In this document: one piece after another, positions 19,792 to 29,792 of the stretch
How positions within the stretch are numbered: the stretch's first letter is position 1
Layout of the letters: each line of letters starts with the position of its first letter
Source: Verrucomicrobiia bacterium
GTDB lineage: Bacteria; Verrucomicrobiota; Verrucomicrobiia; Limisphaerales; UBA1319
NCBI GenBank assembly: GCA_963664225.1
Contig: OY760937.1
Location: 1,856,001-1,920,000, forward strand
DNA length: 64,000 bases
Reading direction: 5' to 3'
Notes under the pieces: model-generated
What the model was told of the DNA's origin: nothing
Seen by the model: the letters and a program-made list of their open reading frames with translations, nothing else
Database searches by the model: none
Made by a program: the position numbers and the translations under genes

Positions 19792-19898
19792 GACGTGACT
19801 GTGCCATCACCTGAGACCAAATTCAATGTCGAAACAGGAAGTTGGCATCAAGGCTCCCCCCATTGTTAATCCCACACATTTTGCAAATGTCGTTTTGC

Positions 19899-19912
19899 TT
19901 GATCCAGGTCAA
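19899..19912 (+). promoter_or_regulatory. Crp/Fnr-family (HcpR/Dnr/Fnr-type) binding site upstream of hcp
   Basis: TTGATCCAGGTCAA, one mismatch to TTGAT-N4-ATCAA, about 120 bp before hcp. Confidence 0.7.
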
Positions 19913-20031
19913 GGCGCTACATTGCCTATCCACTAAAGTAGGCCGAATAAATCAGGTTGGGTTCCAACCAGGAAGCGGCGCAATTTTTGCGTCGCGAGCG
20001 GGACCGGCCATAACCCATAGGAAAAGCGATT

Positions 20032-21684
20032 ATGTTTTGTTATCAATGCGAACAGACCTCCAAAGGCAAGGGCTGCGACACCTTCTCCGTGTGCGGCAAG
20101 GATGAGAATAGCGCCGTGCTTCAGGACCTGATCATCAACGCCGTCAAAGGCATCTCCCAATATGCCCACCGCGCCCGTTTGTTGGGAGTCACTGACCGGG
20201 AAATCGACGTCTTTGTTGTGGAATCGCTTTTCACCACGGTCACCAATGTGAATTTCGATGCCGTGCGCCTCGCCCAGTGGGCCGCGCGTGCCGGAGAGGT
20301 TCGTGACCGGGCGCTCGAACTCTATAAACGCGCCTGCGCCAAGGCCGGACAAACACCGGAAGTCCTCAAAGGCCCTTGCACATGGGTTCCGGCAACCAAT
20401 TTCGAAGGCCTGATTCAACAAGGCAAGCTCGTCTCCGTCCTTTCCCGTATCGACAAATATGGACCCGACATTGCGGGTTTGCAGGAACTCCTCGTTTACG
20501 GAGTCAAAGGCACGGCGGCTTATGCCGAGCACGCCCTGGTCCTGGGACAGGAGGCTGATGCGGTGTTCGCCTATTTCCACGAAGCGCTCAGTTTCCTGAC
20601 GAAGGATAATCCCACTGTGGATGAACTCTTCGCCATGAACATGAAGTGCGGCGAGGTGAATTTCCAGGTCATGGCCCTGCTCGACACCGCCAATACCAGC
20701 GCCTATGGACATCCCCAACCCACCGCTGTGCGCGTGGAACCAATCAAAGGCAAGGCCATCCTGGTTTCCGGCCACGACCTCAAGGATCTGGCGGAACTGC
20801 TTAAACAAACCGAGGGCAAAGGCATCATGGTCTATACCCACGGAGAAATGCTCCCTGCGCACGGCTATCCGAAACTCAAAGCCTTCAAACACCTGGCCGG
20901 AAATTACGGCGGCGCGTGGCAGGACCAGAAAGACGAATTCGCGGCCTTCCCCGGCGCGATCCTGATGACCACGAATTGCATTCAGGAACCGCAGGAGAAT
21001 TACCAGAATCGCATCTTCACCTCCGGCCTTGTGGCCTGGCCCGGCGTGACCCATGTCCCCAACCAAGACTTCACGCCGGTGATCGAGGCCGCGCTGGCCG
21101 CCCCCGGATTCCAGGATAACGGGCCGGACAAGACCATTCTTGTGGGCTTTGGCCACGAGGCGGTCATGGGTGTGGCGGGACAGGTGGTCGATGCGGTCAA
21201 ATCCGGAGCCATCAAACGCTTCTTCCTGGTCGGCGGATGTGACGGCGCGAAGAGTGGTCGCGATTATTACACCGAGTTCGCGCAGGCCGTTCCCAACGAT
21301 TGCGTGATCATGACCCTGGCCTGCGGCAAATACCGTTTCAACAAAATGGAATTTGGCACCATCGGCGGCATTCCGCGCCTGCTCGACATTGGGCAGTGCA
21401 ACGACGCCTACTCGGCGATCCAGATTGCGGTGGCGCTGTCGAAGGCCTTTAATTGCGGCGTCAACGACCTGCCCCTGTCCATGATCCTCTCCTGGTATGA
21501 ACAGAAGGCGGTGTGCATCCTCCTGACGCTCCTATATCTGGGCATCAAAAACATCCGGCTCGGGCCGAGCCTCCCGGCGTTCATCACGCCCAACGTGCTG
21601 AATGTGCTCGTCGATAAATTCAACCTCATGCCCATCACCACCGTGGATGCGGACATGAAAACGATTTTCGCAACCGCAGCGTAA
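20032..21684 (+). CDS. hcp: Hybrid cluster protein (hydroxylamine/NO reductase)
   Basis: MFCYQCEQT..GKGC...VCGK, HGEMLPAHGYP, GGCDG, LACGKYRFN, GQCNDAYSA, SWYEQKAV. Confidence 0.97.
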   Translation: MFCYQCEQTSKGKGCDTFSVCGKDENSAVLQDLIINAVKGISQYAHRARLLGVTDREIDVFVVESLFTTVTNVNFDAVRLAQWAARAGEVRDRALELYKRACAKAGQTPEVLKGPCTWVPATNFEGLIQQGKLVSVLSRIDKYGPDIAGLQELLVYGVKGTAAYAEHALVLGQEADAVFAYFHEALSFLTKDNPTVDELFAMNMKCGEVNFQVMALLDTANTSAYGHPQPTAVRVEPIKGKAILVSGHDLKDLAELLKQTEGKGIMVYTHGEMLPAHGYPKLKAFKHLAGNYGGAWQDQKDEFAAFPGAILMTTNCIQEPQENYQNRIFTSGLVAWPGVTHVPNQDFTPVIEAALAAPGFQDNGPDKTILVGFGHEAVMGVAGQVVDAVKSGAIKRFFLVGGCDGAKSGRDYYTEFAQAVPNDCVIMTLACGKYRFNKMEFGTIGGIPRLLDIGQCNDAYSAIQIAVALSKAFNCGVNDLPLSMILSWYEQKAVCILLTLLYLGIKNIRLGPSLPAFITPNVLNVLVDKFNLMPITTVDADMKTIFATAA

Positions 21685-21711
21685 GAGCAAACGTAACAAA
21701 ATATCGTCGCA

Positions 21712-21765
21712 ACAAAAAATGCACCGGCTGTTGGCCAACGCCAGCTTGCGGTGCGTTTTTTTTGT
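21712..21765 (+). terminator. Intrinsic terminator after hcp (possibly bidirectional)
   Basis: AAAAAAATGCACCG...CGGTGCGTTTTTTT. Confidence 0.75.
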
Positions 21766-21844
21766 AGTGGAAGACATCAGTCGTGAGCCCGATCTGTTCT
21801 TCAAAGACTCATGCGCTTCGATTAACCCGACCGCCCGTGTACAT

Positions 21845-21873
21845 GAAAAAGGGGGAAGCTTGCGCCTTCCCCC
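21845..21873 (-). terminator. Intrinsic terminator of the lipoprotein operon
   Basis: GGGGAAG...CTTCCCC stem followed by a T-run on the minus strand. Confidence 0.7.
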
Positions 21874-21901
21874 GGTGAATCATTTGGAAATGAGCGAACT
21901 G

Positions 21902-23011
21902 TTATTCGCCCATGCCATTGAGGATATCTTCCATCAACGCCAGAACGGTCGCCTCGGAAATCTCCGGCGTTCCGTAACTGCGGGCGACACTTTCAGCATA
22001 ATTGCCCCGGCCAATCAGATCCGCGGAAGCGGCTTGACCGATGATTTTGGAATCGCTCAGGCGGATGGCTGTGGCCTGGATGTCGGGCACCGAATAGGTT
22101 CTGTCCCCTGAGATACCCTGCACCTGGATGTTCTTCGAGGAGATCAACACCTCGATGGCGACATCGGAGACTTTCTTCAGAACCTCGCGGTCCTTGCGCG
22201 CCTGGTCACTATCCGTTGAGAGCTTGTATGGGCTGAGGGCCTGGCTATCCGCTATCTGGGTGGCGGTGCGTTGGTCGGCCAGGGACACACCGGCCATGCG
22301 CAGAGGGCGGCCGAAAATGCGTTCCACATCGCGCACCGTCTGGCGATCGGCCAGCGTCATATCCTTGCGCTCCTGAATGCGGTAGGTGTTTTCGTTGGAG
22401 GCCTTCTGAGTCCTGAATACAACCCCGTTCTTGTTGGTGCGCAGAGTGCCATCGGCGGCCTTGGCATCCGCACTGACCTTGACCTCGCTGGTGACCGCCA
22501 CAGTGCCGGAGGCGTTATCGCCGGAGATGGAGCCTTTGCTGCTCTCGGTCTTCTCGGTGCGGGCGGTGAGTTTCATTCCGGCCTGCTCATCGACCAACTC
22601 ACGGTTCACGGCGATGACCATGCGCGGGCTGCCCATTTTCGCATAGTTCGTGCGGAAACGATCGATCACGGCGCGGGCCTGTTGCGGTGTGACCAGAACA
22701 ACCTGGCTGCCGTAGAGCCGCTGGTCTTCGACCGGTTGGACCGGCACGTAATTGGTGCTGAGCACCTGATTGGTCACGGCCACGAAATTGGTCGTCGTGG
22801 TCGTGGTGGTGACGATCACCGGGTTGGTGGACACGGAAACATTCGTGCTGACGACCGCCTGCACGGGAACCGGCTGGCCCTGAACAATGGTGGATTGAAC
22901 GGGCGGCTGCTCCAATGGCGGCTTGGCCATTTGCACATGGGGTTCCGGCATGGCGGCTTGTGCCGCGATGATGGATGCCATCAACGAGCCTAAAAGGAAA
23001 GTTGTTTTCAT
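21902..23011 (-). CDS. Exported hypothetical protein, possibly CsgG/LpoB-like fold, with Thr-rich N-terminal region
   Basis: Signal peptide, poly-Thr tract, PRMVIAVNRELVD and DIQATAIRLSDSKIIGQA segments. Confidence 0.65.
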   Translation of the reverse strand: MKTTFLLGSLMASIIAAQAAMPEPHVQMAKPPLEQPPVQSTIVQGQPVPVQAVVSTNVSVSTNPVIVTTTTTTTNFVAVTNQVLSTNYVPVQPVEDQRLYGSQVVLVTPQQARAVIDRFRTNYAKMGSPRMVIAVNRELVDEQAGMKLTARTEKTESSKGSISGDNASGTVAVTSEVKVSADAKAADGTLRTNKNGVVFRTQKASNENTYRIQERKDMTLADRQTVRDVERIFGRPLRMAGVSLADQRTATQIADSQALSPYKLSTDSDQARKDREVLKKVSDVAIEVLISSKNIQVQGISGDRTYSVPDIQATAIRLSDSKIIGQAASADLIGRGNYAESVARSYGTPEISEATVLALMEDILNGMGE

Positions 23012-23050
23012 ATTTCGCGCCCGCAATCACGCGGGCAATAAATTTTTCGT

Positions 23051-23464
23051 TTACCGGGCCTGGCGCACACGGATGGTGTAACGTCGGGCCAGGTTATTCA
23101 TGGACGTGAACTCGGTGTTTTCCTGGGAGTTCTCGGTGAGAATCACATTGGCCCAGGGTGTTTCGTCCCCGGTCGAGAAACCCTGCTCATCCTTGAAAAC
23201 GCAACTGACCTGCACCTGGATGCGGCGGTTCTCGCGGTTGCGAAGGTTCGCTTTCACACGCAGCCGGCCATCGGGCAAGAGTGCCTGCTGAATGCCCGAG
23301 CACGTGACCGATTTTTGCGTGCCCGAATCCATATCGACGAATTGCGCCTGGTTTTCCAGGTCGTATTTGGTGGTGTTCTTGGGGGCATACGCGCCGCTGT
23401 GACATCCGGAGATGACCACCGCGCCCGCCGCCACCGCCACTAGTATGAGATTACTGGTTTTCAT
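23051..23464 (-). CDS. YcfL (DUF1425) family lipoprotein
   Basis: Lipobox ISGC; LRVKANLRN...IQVQVSCVFKDEQGF...PW. Confidence 0.8.
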   Translation of the reverse strand: MKTSNLILVAVAAGAVVISGCHSGAYAPKNTTKYDLENQAQFVDMDSGTQKSVTCSGIQQALLPDGRLRVKANLRNRENRRIQVQVSCVFKDEQGFSTGDETPWANVILTENSQENTEFTSMNNLARRYTIRVRQAR

Positions 23465-24635
23465 AGTTTACAACTGAAGGAGATTGATCGCTTACAAAAA
23501 TAACCGTGTCCTTGCCGGACGGATTGACTTTAAATTTAATGGTCTTGGTCAGACTGAGTAATGGACGATCCGCATTGTCCCGAAATTCAATGACGGCGGT
23601 GTGTTCGCCGGGCGCGGCCCGCATAGCGGCGAAACTCAGGTATTGGGGCAGGTTGTCCCAGCACCGGGTATCCGCCGCCGGCGTGCTGACCGATGAGACA
23701 ATCTTGCTGAGCAGGCCGAATGCGGCCAGCCCCAGGCCCGCCTCCTGCGTTCCCCGTTGCGTGGCCATCGCCAGACCGCCGATCAGCGCCACATTGCCAA
23801 CGACATCCGTGGCCGATTTAAACACCGCTTTGTTACCCAGAATATGGTCCATCACACGACCGCCGCGCGTTGTCGCCTGAAACGTGATGTCGTCGAAAAA
23901 GCTCGCGGCTACGTAATGGTCGTCGAGACGCACCAGAATACGGGTGGCTTCGGAACGCCCGGGCGAGAAGCGCAGTTGCTCGCCGTATTCCCCGCTGGCG
24001 TATTTGACGGGACCGCGCCCGTAATCCGCAAAAAAGAGGACGTTCGCCTGGGCATCATAAGGCGGCGTCACGGCCGAGCGACTGTTTGCTTTGGCCCGTT
24101 TAAAGGCATCCGAACCGTCTCCGGCCAGCTTCACGCTCGCCAGGCCATCCAGATAATCGAGCAACGAGTAATCCCCGGCGTATTCCTTCTGCTCGGCATC
24201 GCTGTCCTCAAACTGCGCGCTTCGAAAGCAGGCCCTGGCGTTATCCGGCTCTCCATCCATCCAATAGAGAATGCCGCGATAAAAATAGGCCATGACCCTT
24301 TCGTAAGGTTCGCCGCGGAATGATTTTTTGCTCTCTTCGCTAAAGACGCCGCGGGCGGCGCGGGCGCTTTTATCGCCAGCGGATATGCCGCCCAAAGTCG
24401 TGACCACGTCATCCAACGTGCGTTTGGCCTCGGCAAAGTCGCCCTTGCGCATGGCTGCTGCCGCCAGCCGGTCCTCCCACAGGATCCGATCTTTGGCCGG
24501 TCCCTGACTGATCGCGGCGCGCGCGTCGGTCTGCATGTCGCCCGTCATCGGCACATAGGATCGCTGCGAAGTGGTTTCGCAGCCTGCCAGCAGGGCCAAC
24601 AGGAAACAGAGAAGGATGGATCGCACGCCATTCAT
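23451..24635 (-). CDS. COG3014-like TPR lipoprotein
   Basis: Lipobox LAGC; FRGEPYERVM, DNARACFR and ADTRCWDNLP motifs. Confidence 0.75.
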   Translation of the reverse strand: MNGVRSILLCFLLALLAGCETTSQRSYVPMTGDMQTDARAAISQGPAKDRILWEDRLAAAAMRKGDFAEAKRTLDDVVTTLGGISAGDKSARAARGVFSEESKKSFRGEPYERVMAYFYRGILYWMDGEPDNARACFRSAQFEDSDAEQKEYAGDYSLLDYLDGLASVKLAGDGSDAFKRAKANSRSAVTPPYDAQANVLFFADYGRGPVKYASGEYGEQLRFSPGRSEATRILVRLDDHYVAASFFDDITFQATTRGGRVMDHILGNKAVFKSATDVVGNVALIGGLAMATQRGTQEAGLGLAAFGLLSKIVSSVSTPAADTRCWDNLPQYLSFAAMRAAPGEHTAVIEFRDNADRPLLSLTKTIKFKVNPSGKDTVIFVSDQSPSVVNYENQ

Positions 24636-24675
24636 ACCGCGCAGGTTACAGCCACAAATCGAATTGGGTATGGGC

Positions 24676-25308
24676 TCAACGATAGGCCGCATCTTCCAAA
24701 CCCTGTTTCTTGATCTCGGCCGAGTCCTCCCAGACGATTTCGCTGGTCCGGGCGCTGATCAATTGAAACGAGTAAAGAATATAATCGCTGATGCCGTTGC
24801 TGGTCTTGGTGCTCAAGCCCTGCAGTTTGCCGGTCAGGAAATAGTCGGCGCCTTTGAACTCGACGACATTGGGATCGCTGCTGCTGGTGACCTGGCCCGC
24901 CTGCTTGAGGCTGCGCTCCTTTTCCAGGGCGGCCATGTTCTCACGCGCCAGGAAACGAACCTTGCCTGCGGACTTCGAATTGAGCTGGGTGCGGATGCGC
25001 GTCAGGAAAATGTCCTTGTTGATGGGGAAACGTGATTCGTTGGCCACCGGTTCCAGCACAATGCGTGGTGCCGACTGGGCATTGGCGATTTCCGGGATTG
25101 CCAGAATGCTCCGTCCCATTTTTTCGGTCACAGCCACCAAATCCTGGGACTCGATGCCGGTGCCGGCCACGAAGCCGCGTTCATCGGCCTTCATTTCGGT
25201 GACATTGGCGCCGGAGGGATTTTTCACCCCGGAGGAGCAGCCCATGAGCAGGCCCGCAGTCATGACGAGGGTTGAGGTTAAAAAGAGTTGATACGTGATA
25301 CGTTTCAT
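24676..25308 (-). CDS. lpoB: LpoB-family lipoprotein
   Basis: Lipobox LMGC; GADYFLTGKL...YSFQLISARTSEIVWEDSAEIKK. Confidence 0.8.
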   Translation of the reverse strand: MKRITYQLFLTSTLVMTAGLLMGCSSGVKNPSGANVTEMKADERGFVAGTGIESQDLVAVTEKMGRSILAIPEIANAQSAPRIVLEPVANESRFPINKDIFLTRIRTQLNSKSAGKVRFLARENMAALEKERSLKQAGQVTSSSDPNVVEFKGADYFLTGKLQGLSTKTSNGISDYILYSFQLISARTSEIVWEDSAEIKKQGLEDAAYR

Positions 25309-25369
25309 AGTACGAGTCGTTTTTACAGTGGTCTTAAAGTAATAGTTAATTAAATGGGGACGCCAGTTT

Positions 25370-26017
25370 TTAGCGTCCAAAAAGACTATTGGCCGACGCC
25401 ATATTGTTGACTGGCTGCGGCGCGGGCGCGGAAATGGGTGCGGGAGCAGGCGCTGCCGCAGGCTGAGCGGTCACCGTCGTGGTCACCATCGTGGGGTTCG
25501 TTGCGGCCCAGCGCTCGTAACGCATGCGTTCGCGATATCGGGCGTTGGACTCCGCCACAGCGCCCAGAAGCATGCCCGCGCCAGCCCCAATGGCCACACC
25601 TTCCCAGGTTTGATGATGGCTGTTATTCCCAATGATGCCTCCGGCGAGACCGCCCATGAGAGCCCCGGCAACCACATAATTCGGACGATAACGCGGCGCA
25701 GGCGGAGGAGCATACGGCACCTGAGTATAGGTTACAGGACCCTGAACCACAATCACTTCTGTCGGAGGTGGAGGCGGGGGCGGCTGCTGATGATTCCGGT
25801 CATGAACACTCCCAATGATGGCGCCCGTGACCAGCCCCACACCTGCGCCAATGGCAATTCCTTCACCAGTGTGATGTCCATTGTTGTTGCCGATGACGCC
25901 GCCCACGACACCACCGACCACAGCACCGCCCACGGCACCGTTAACGGTACCGGAGCTCTGAGCGCATGCCATCCAAGGCATTAGGACTGCCACCGCAATA
26001 AAAGTCAGATGTTTCAT
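25370..26017 (-). CDS. Secreted double glycine-zipper protein
   Basis: Two GA..GG..GG.IGNN..H...G.AIGAG.G.L.GA units separated by a Pro-rich linker. Confidence 0.8.
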   Translation of the reverse strand: MKHLTFIAVAVLMPWMACAQSSGTVNGAVGGAVVGGVVGGVIGNNNGHHTGEGIAIGAGVGLVTGAIIGSVHDRNHQQPPPPPPPTEVIVVQGPVTYTQVPYAPPPAPRYRPNYVVAGALMGGLAGGIIGNNSHHQTWEGVAIGAGAGMLLGAVAESNARYRERMRYERWAATNPTMVTTTVTAQPAAAPAPAPISAPAPQPVNNMASANSLFGR

Positions 26018-26172
26018 AACACCTTTCACACTACTCGATCCATTGCTATTGACGTAAACTTCGGCCAACTATTCAGCCAAGCTCATCCTAGCACCAAACC
26101 GGGCGGCTTGTAAATGCCATCCCGAATCGCTGAATAAGCCCATTTTGCCGCCAGCGAGACCGCCTAAACTGT

Positions 26173-26188
26173 TGCCACCTATGTTCCA
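26173..26188 (-). promoter_or_regulatory. Possible sigma54 (-24/-12) promoter for the lipoprotein operon
   Basis: Minus strand TGGAACATAGGTGGCA keeps the GG-N10-GC spacing. Confidence 0.35.
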
Positions 26189-26262
26189 GATTGCATCGGC
26201 GTTGCAATTATATCCAATTCCGTGCTTACTGGGGCGCGCGTTCTTTTCGGACGCGGTTGCAA

Positions 26263-27369
26263 ATGAAACAGATTGTTCCTTTTTTGGATTTGGCGGCGCA
26301 AATGCGCCCGCTGCGGCAGGAAATTGAGACGGCCATCGGCCAGGTGCTCGATGAGTGCTCCTTTTGCCTTGGGCCACATGTCGAGTCGTTCGAGCGGCAT
26401 TTTGCCGAATTTTGCGGCGCTCAACATGCCATCGGGTTCAATAGCGGCACCTCCGCCCTGCATGTGGCGGCGCGGTTGCTCGATCTGAAGCCCGGCGACG
26501 AAGTCATCACCACACCGTTCACCTTCATCGCGACCTCCTGGGCCATTGTCTATACTGGGGCCACGCCCGTTTACGTGGATATCGAGGACCGGTATTTCAA
26601 TCTGGATCCCGCGAAGGTCGAAGCCGCCATCACCCCGCGCACCAAGGCGATTTTCCCCGTCCATTTGTTCGGGCATCCCTGTGATCTGGATCCCTTGCGC
26701 GAGATTTGCAAGCGACACAAGCTGGCCCTGGTGGAGGACGCGGCCCAGGCCCATGGCGCGCTCTACAAAGGTCGGCCGGTGGGGGCGATTGGCGACATGG
26801 GGGCGTTCAGTTTTTATCCCTCGAAAAACCTCGGCGCGTGCGGCGAAGCGGGTGCGCTGGTCACCAATAGCGACACACTGGCGAAACGGGCCCGGTCACT
26901 TCGAAACCATGGGTCACCGGTTTCCTACGTGCATGAGGAAGTCGGCTACAACTACCGAATGGAAGGCCTGCACGGCGCGATTCTGGACATCAAACTCAAG
27001 CACCTGGCGGGGTGGAATGCCGGGCGTCGCCGCGTGGCGCAACGCTACGGGGAACTGCTGAAAAACACATCGGTGCGCCTGCCCTCTCAAGCCCCATGGG
27101 CGGAACCGGTCCATCATCTCTTCCTGGTGCAACATTCCCAGCGCGACGCCTTGAAGAACCACCTGGAATCGCGAGGGATTGGTTGCCGCCTGATTTATCA
27201 AACGCCGCTGCACCTGCAAAAGTGCTTCGCAGGGCTGAATTATAAGCCGGGCGACCTGCCGATTGCGGAAAAAACCGCCAGTGAAGGGCTCGCGCTGCCG
27301 ATGTTCCCGGAAATGACGGAGGAGCAAATCCAGACTGTTGTCAAAGCCATCCAGGAGTTTCCGGGCTGA
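26263..27369 (+). CDS. DegT/DnrJ/EryC1/StrS family aminotransferase
   Basis: NSGTSALH, VEDAAQAHGA, FSFYPSKNLGACGEAG, GYNYRM. Confidence 0.95.
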   Translation: MKQIVPFLDLAAQMRPLRQEIETAIGQVLDECSFCLGPHVESFERHFAEFCGAQHAIGFNSGTSALHVAARLLDLKPGDEVITTPFTFIATSWAIVYTGATPVYVDIEDRYFNLDPAKVEAAITPRTKAIFPVHLFGHPCDLDPLREICKRHKLALVEDAAQAHGALYKGRPVGAIGDMGAFSFYPSKNLGACGEAGALVTNSDTLAKRARSLRNHGSPVSYVHEEVGYNYRMEGLHGAILDIKLKHLAGWNAGRRRVAQRYGELLKNTSVRLPSQAPWAEPVHHLFLVQHSQRDALKNHLESRGIGCRLIYQTPLHLQKCFAGLNYKPGDLPIAEKTASEGLALPMFPEMTEEQIQTVVKAIQEFPG

Positions 27370-27470
27370 GACCTGTCTGGGAATGCAGAAGACTGCCGCC
27401 GGAAGGCGGCGCAGATGAAATCTGGAAGGGGGCCACATGACGTGGTCCCGCGTCCATTTAAAAAGGCCGA

Positions 27471-28271
27471 CTAAAACTTGTAATTGATGCCGCTGACGAG
27501 TTTGATGTCGTTGGCCTTGCGCCCCACGGCGGGTTTGCTGTGGTAAGTATCCTGAATGAGCGTGCGCAGGCTTAGTTTCTTGGTCAAGTCAGCCTCAATG
27601 CCCGCTTCGGCGTTCAGGATGTAATTTTCCAATCTATCCACCTGCGGGAGGAATTCCAATGACTGCCACACGCGGGCCCGGTCATTAAGCTTTTGTTCGA
27701 AGCGTTCGGCAATGCGGGCCGCCAGATACTGCTTATCTTTTCCGCCCTGCTTCTCCAACACCATGCTGGGACCAGCCTCAGCGCTCAGACGGGTCTTCTC
27801 ATTCTTGATGAAATAATAACCGACGCCAGGACCGATCGTGATCCGGTAATCGACATCCGCCACGGCATCATGGAGGGCGTCCACACGCGCATAGGCGTAA
27901 AACCGATCGGAAAACAGCCGGTTGTATTGTCCAAAGCCATGCACCTGTTCAATGTTTTTTACATCCTCGTTCTCGCCGTAGGAGCCATCCGCCCCGAGGC
28001 TGATTTCGTTCTGGTTCCACTTTCTTAACGCGAGAACATTGGCGTTGAAAAGCAGTGTTTTGCTATTGCCACGAGTGACCGTGGCGCCAATGGCAACGCT
28101 GCGTTCCCAGGGAGATTTCTTTTCCGGCTCGACGGCCTTCGCGGCTGCGTCCGCCGGCGCGGCTTTCGGATCCGCAGCGGCTGGCGCATCTGCGGCAAGA
28201 GTTGAAACGGCACCTCCCAAGGCAGCGGTGCAAAACAAAGCGATCCCGAGTCCCATTATCTTTCGTTGCAT
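27471..28271 (-). CDS. DUF481 (YdiY-like) outer-membrane beta-barrel
   Basis: Signal peptide, TRGNSKT, GPGVGYYF, C-terminal INYKF. Confidence 0.85.
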   Translation of the reverse strand: MQRKIMGLGIALFCTAALGGAVSTLAADAPAAADPKAAPADAAAKAVEPEKKSPWERSVAIGATVTRGNSKTLLFNANVLALRKWNQNEISLGADGSYGENEDVKNIEQVHGFGQYNRLFSDRFYAYARVDALHDAVADVDYRITIGPGVGYYFIKNEKTRLSAEAGPSMVLEKQGGKDKQYLAARIAERFEQKLNDRARVWQSLEFLPQVDRLENYILNAEAGIEADLTKKLSLRTLIQDTYHSKPAVGRKANDIKLVSGINYKF

Positions 28272-28554
28272 AGGTTTTTTGTGTTTTTAAAGACAAGCGC
28301 TTGGGCGTGAAAATATCATTAATATTGTGTTAATCAAATAATAAGATCGGGTTTTTCCACCTCGCGGGGGGAACTTAAAGCCAAAGGCACTGCGGGCGCA
28401 AAAAACGAGGCGGACTCTCAAATATTTGCGCTCGATTTTCACCGGATGATCATCCATAACTGAGACCGTTCCTGCGCACTTTAATGGGATGCGCGGGCCT
28501 TATCGCGGGGGATCGAGGTTGAATGTTGGGTCTGTTGGAGTTTTCTCTTGAGCA

Positions 28555-28764
28555 ATGAAACGAAATGATCAATCCAGCGGCCGGGGTTTCACATTGATTG
28601 AAATGTTGTGCGTAATTGCGGCCATCGCCATTTTGCTCAGCCTCATTGCGGGCCCCATCGCAAAAGGGATCAAAAGAGCCAAAAAACTGTCCTCAGATGT
28701 AGGTCAGGGCCAGACCAACATCGTCAAAGAGCAGGAGCCGGGCGGAGCATTGTCGGCTGAATAA
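28555..28764 (+). CDS. Very short prepilin-type N-methylation domain protein
   Basis: RGFTLIEMLCVIAAIAILLSLI cleavage/methylation motif. Confidence 0.8.
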   Translation: MKRNDQSSGRGFTLIEMLCVIAAIAILLSLIAGPIAKGIKRAKKLSSDVGQGQTNIVKEQEPGGALSAE

Positions 28765-28819
28765 AGTGCGGTCGGCGCACGGCTGGCTCCATTTAAACCT
28801 CCAACACCAACCATCCAAA

Positions 28820-29284
28820 CTATCCCACCAGCCCCAAGCTGCGCCACAACGGTTTGAGGTCCTCCTCATTAGCGGCCATCATGGTGAGCAATTCTTTGTT
28901 TCCGGTTTTGAGGGCCCTGGTCCACCACTGGGAGGACTCAGTGAACTGGCCCAACTGGCAGGCATAGCAGGCCAGGTGATAATATATGATGGCCAAGCTG
29001 GGAAAACGTTCCGCAGCAATCAGGAGTCGCGCGCGCGCTTCGGTGGTTCGATGCATTTTGTGCAGGCTCACCGATTGCCATATCCAGCCGGTGGCTTCAT
29101 CGGGATTTCGCTTCACAATTTGATTGGCCACATCCAGAGCGGATCGCCAGTCATGCCGCTCGGCCCCGCGCAACCAGCGTTTCTCAAGAACATCCAGACT
29201 CACAGCACGTTTTGACTGCACTGTGGCCTTTGGATGGACTAATTCTGTCACAGGGCTAGCGATCATAATATCTCCAACGCCCAT
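28820..29284 (-). CDS. TPR protein
   Basis: GWIWQSVSLHKM..T.EA and IIYYHLACYACQLG...EEDLKPLW. Confidence 0.75.
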   Translation of the reverse strand: MGVGDIMIASPVTELVHPKATVQSKRAVSLDVLEKRWLRGAERHDWRSALDVANQIVKRNPDEATGWIWQSVSLHKMHRTTEARARLLIAAERFPSLAIIYYHLACYACQLGQFTESSQWWTRALKTGNKELLTMMAANEEDLKPLWRSLGLVG

Positions 29285-29368
29285 TGATTATTTCAGACCG
29301 CAACATAATTTGGCAAATTTTTCGGCACGCAGATGCGCATCATTCGCTGAATGTCATTGATTTGCATT

Positions 29369-29384
29369 AGCAAGCGGCGTTCCA
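29369..29384 (-). promoter_or_regulatory. sigma54 (-24/-12) promoter candidate for the TPR gene
   Basis: Minus strand TGGAACGCCGCTTGCT versus consensus TGGCAC-N5-TTGCW. Confidence 0.6.
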
Positions 29385-29792
29385 ACAATAGCTTCCTCAT
29401 TTATTCGCTCCAAAAAAACCAAAGTAAGTTCCGAAATTGACTCATTTGGAAACAGAACGACGGAAGGTGTTTTATTTATGGCCGGTTGAAATCCTGTGTT
29501 GAACACACATCAATGAGACATCCAATTCCTGTTTATGGACAGACCGGCCATTTTGATGACGCTTTGCGCGGTTGCACGGACGGAATCGGACCGGTCCGGT
29601 GGTTCCGTGTCAGGAGCACGCAAACTTTCCCCGTGTTTTCCAGGATGGTTCATCGAAAATCTTGCGGGGCAACACGGTTGAGAGTATGTTAACGCACATA
29701 CCATACTGGCGCGTAAATTAATTTATTATTATGGAAGAAGTGCGTACTGTTTGCGCTGGTTGGATTTAGGAAATTGCCGATCCCGGGTTGGA

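Noticed and set aside
19933..21156. 407-aa antisense ORF
   Set aside because: Shadow of hcp, expected from high-GC codon bias; no motifs.
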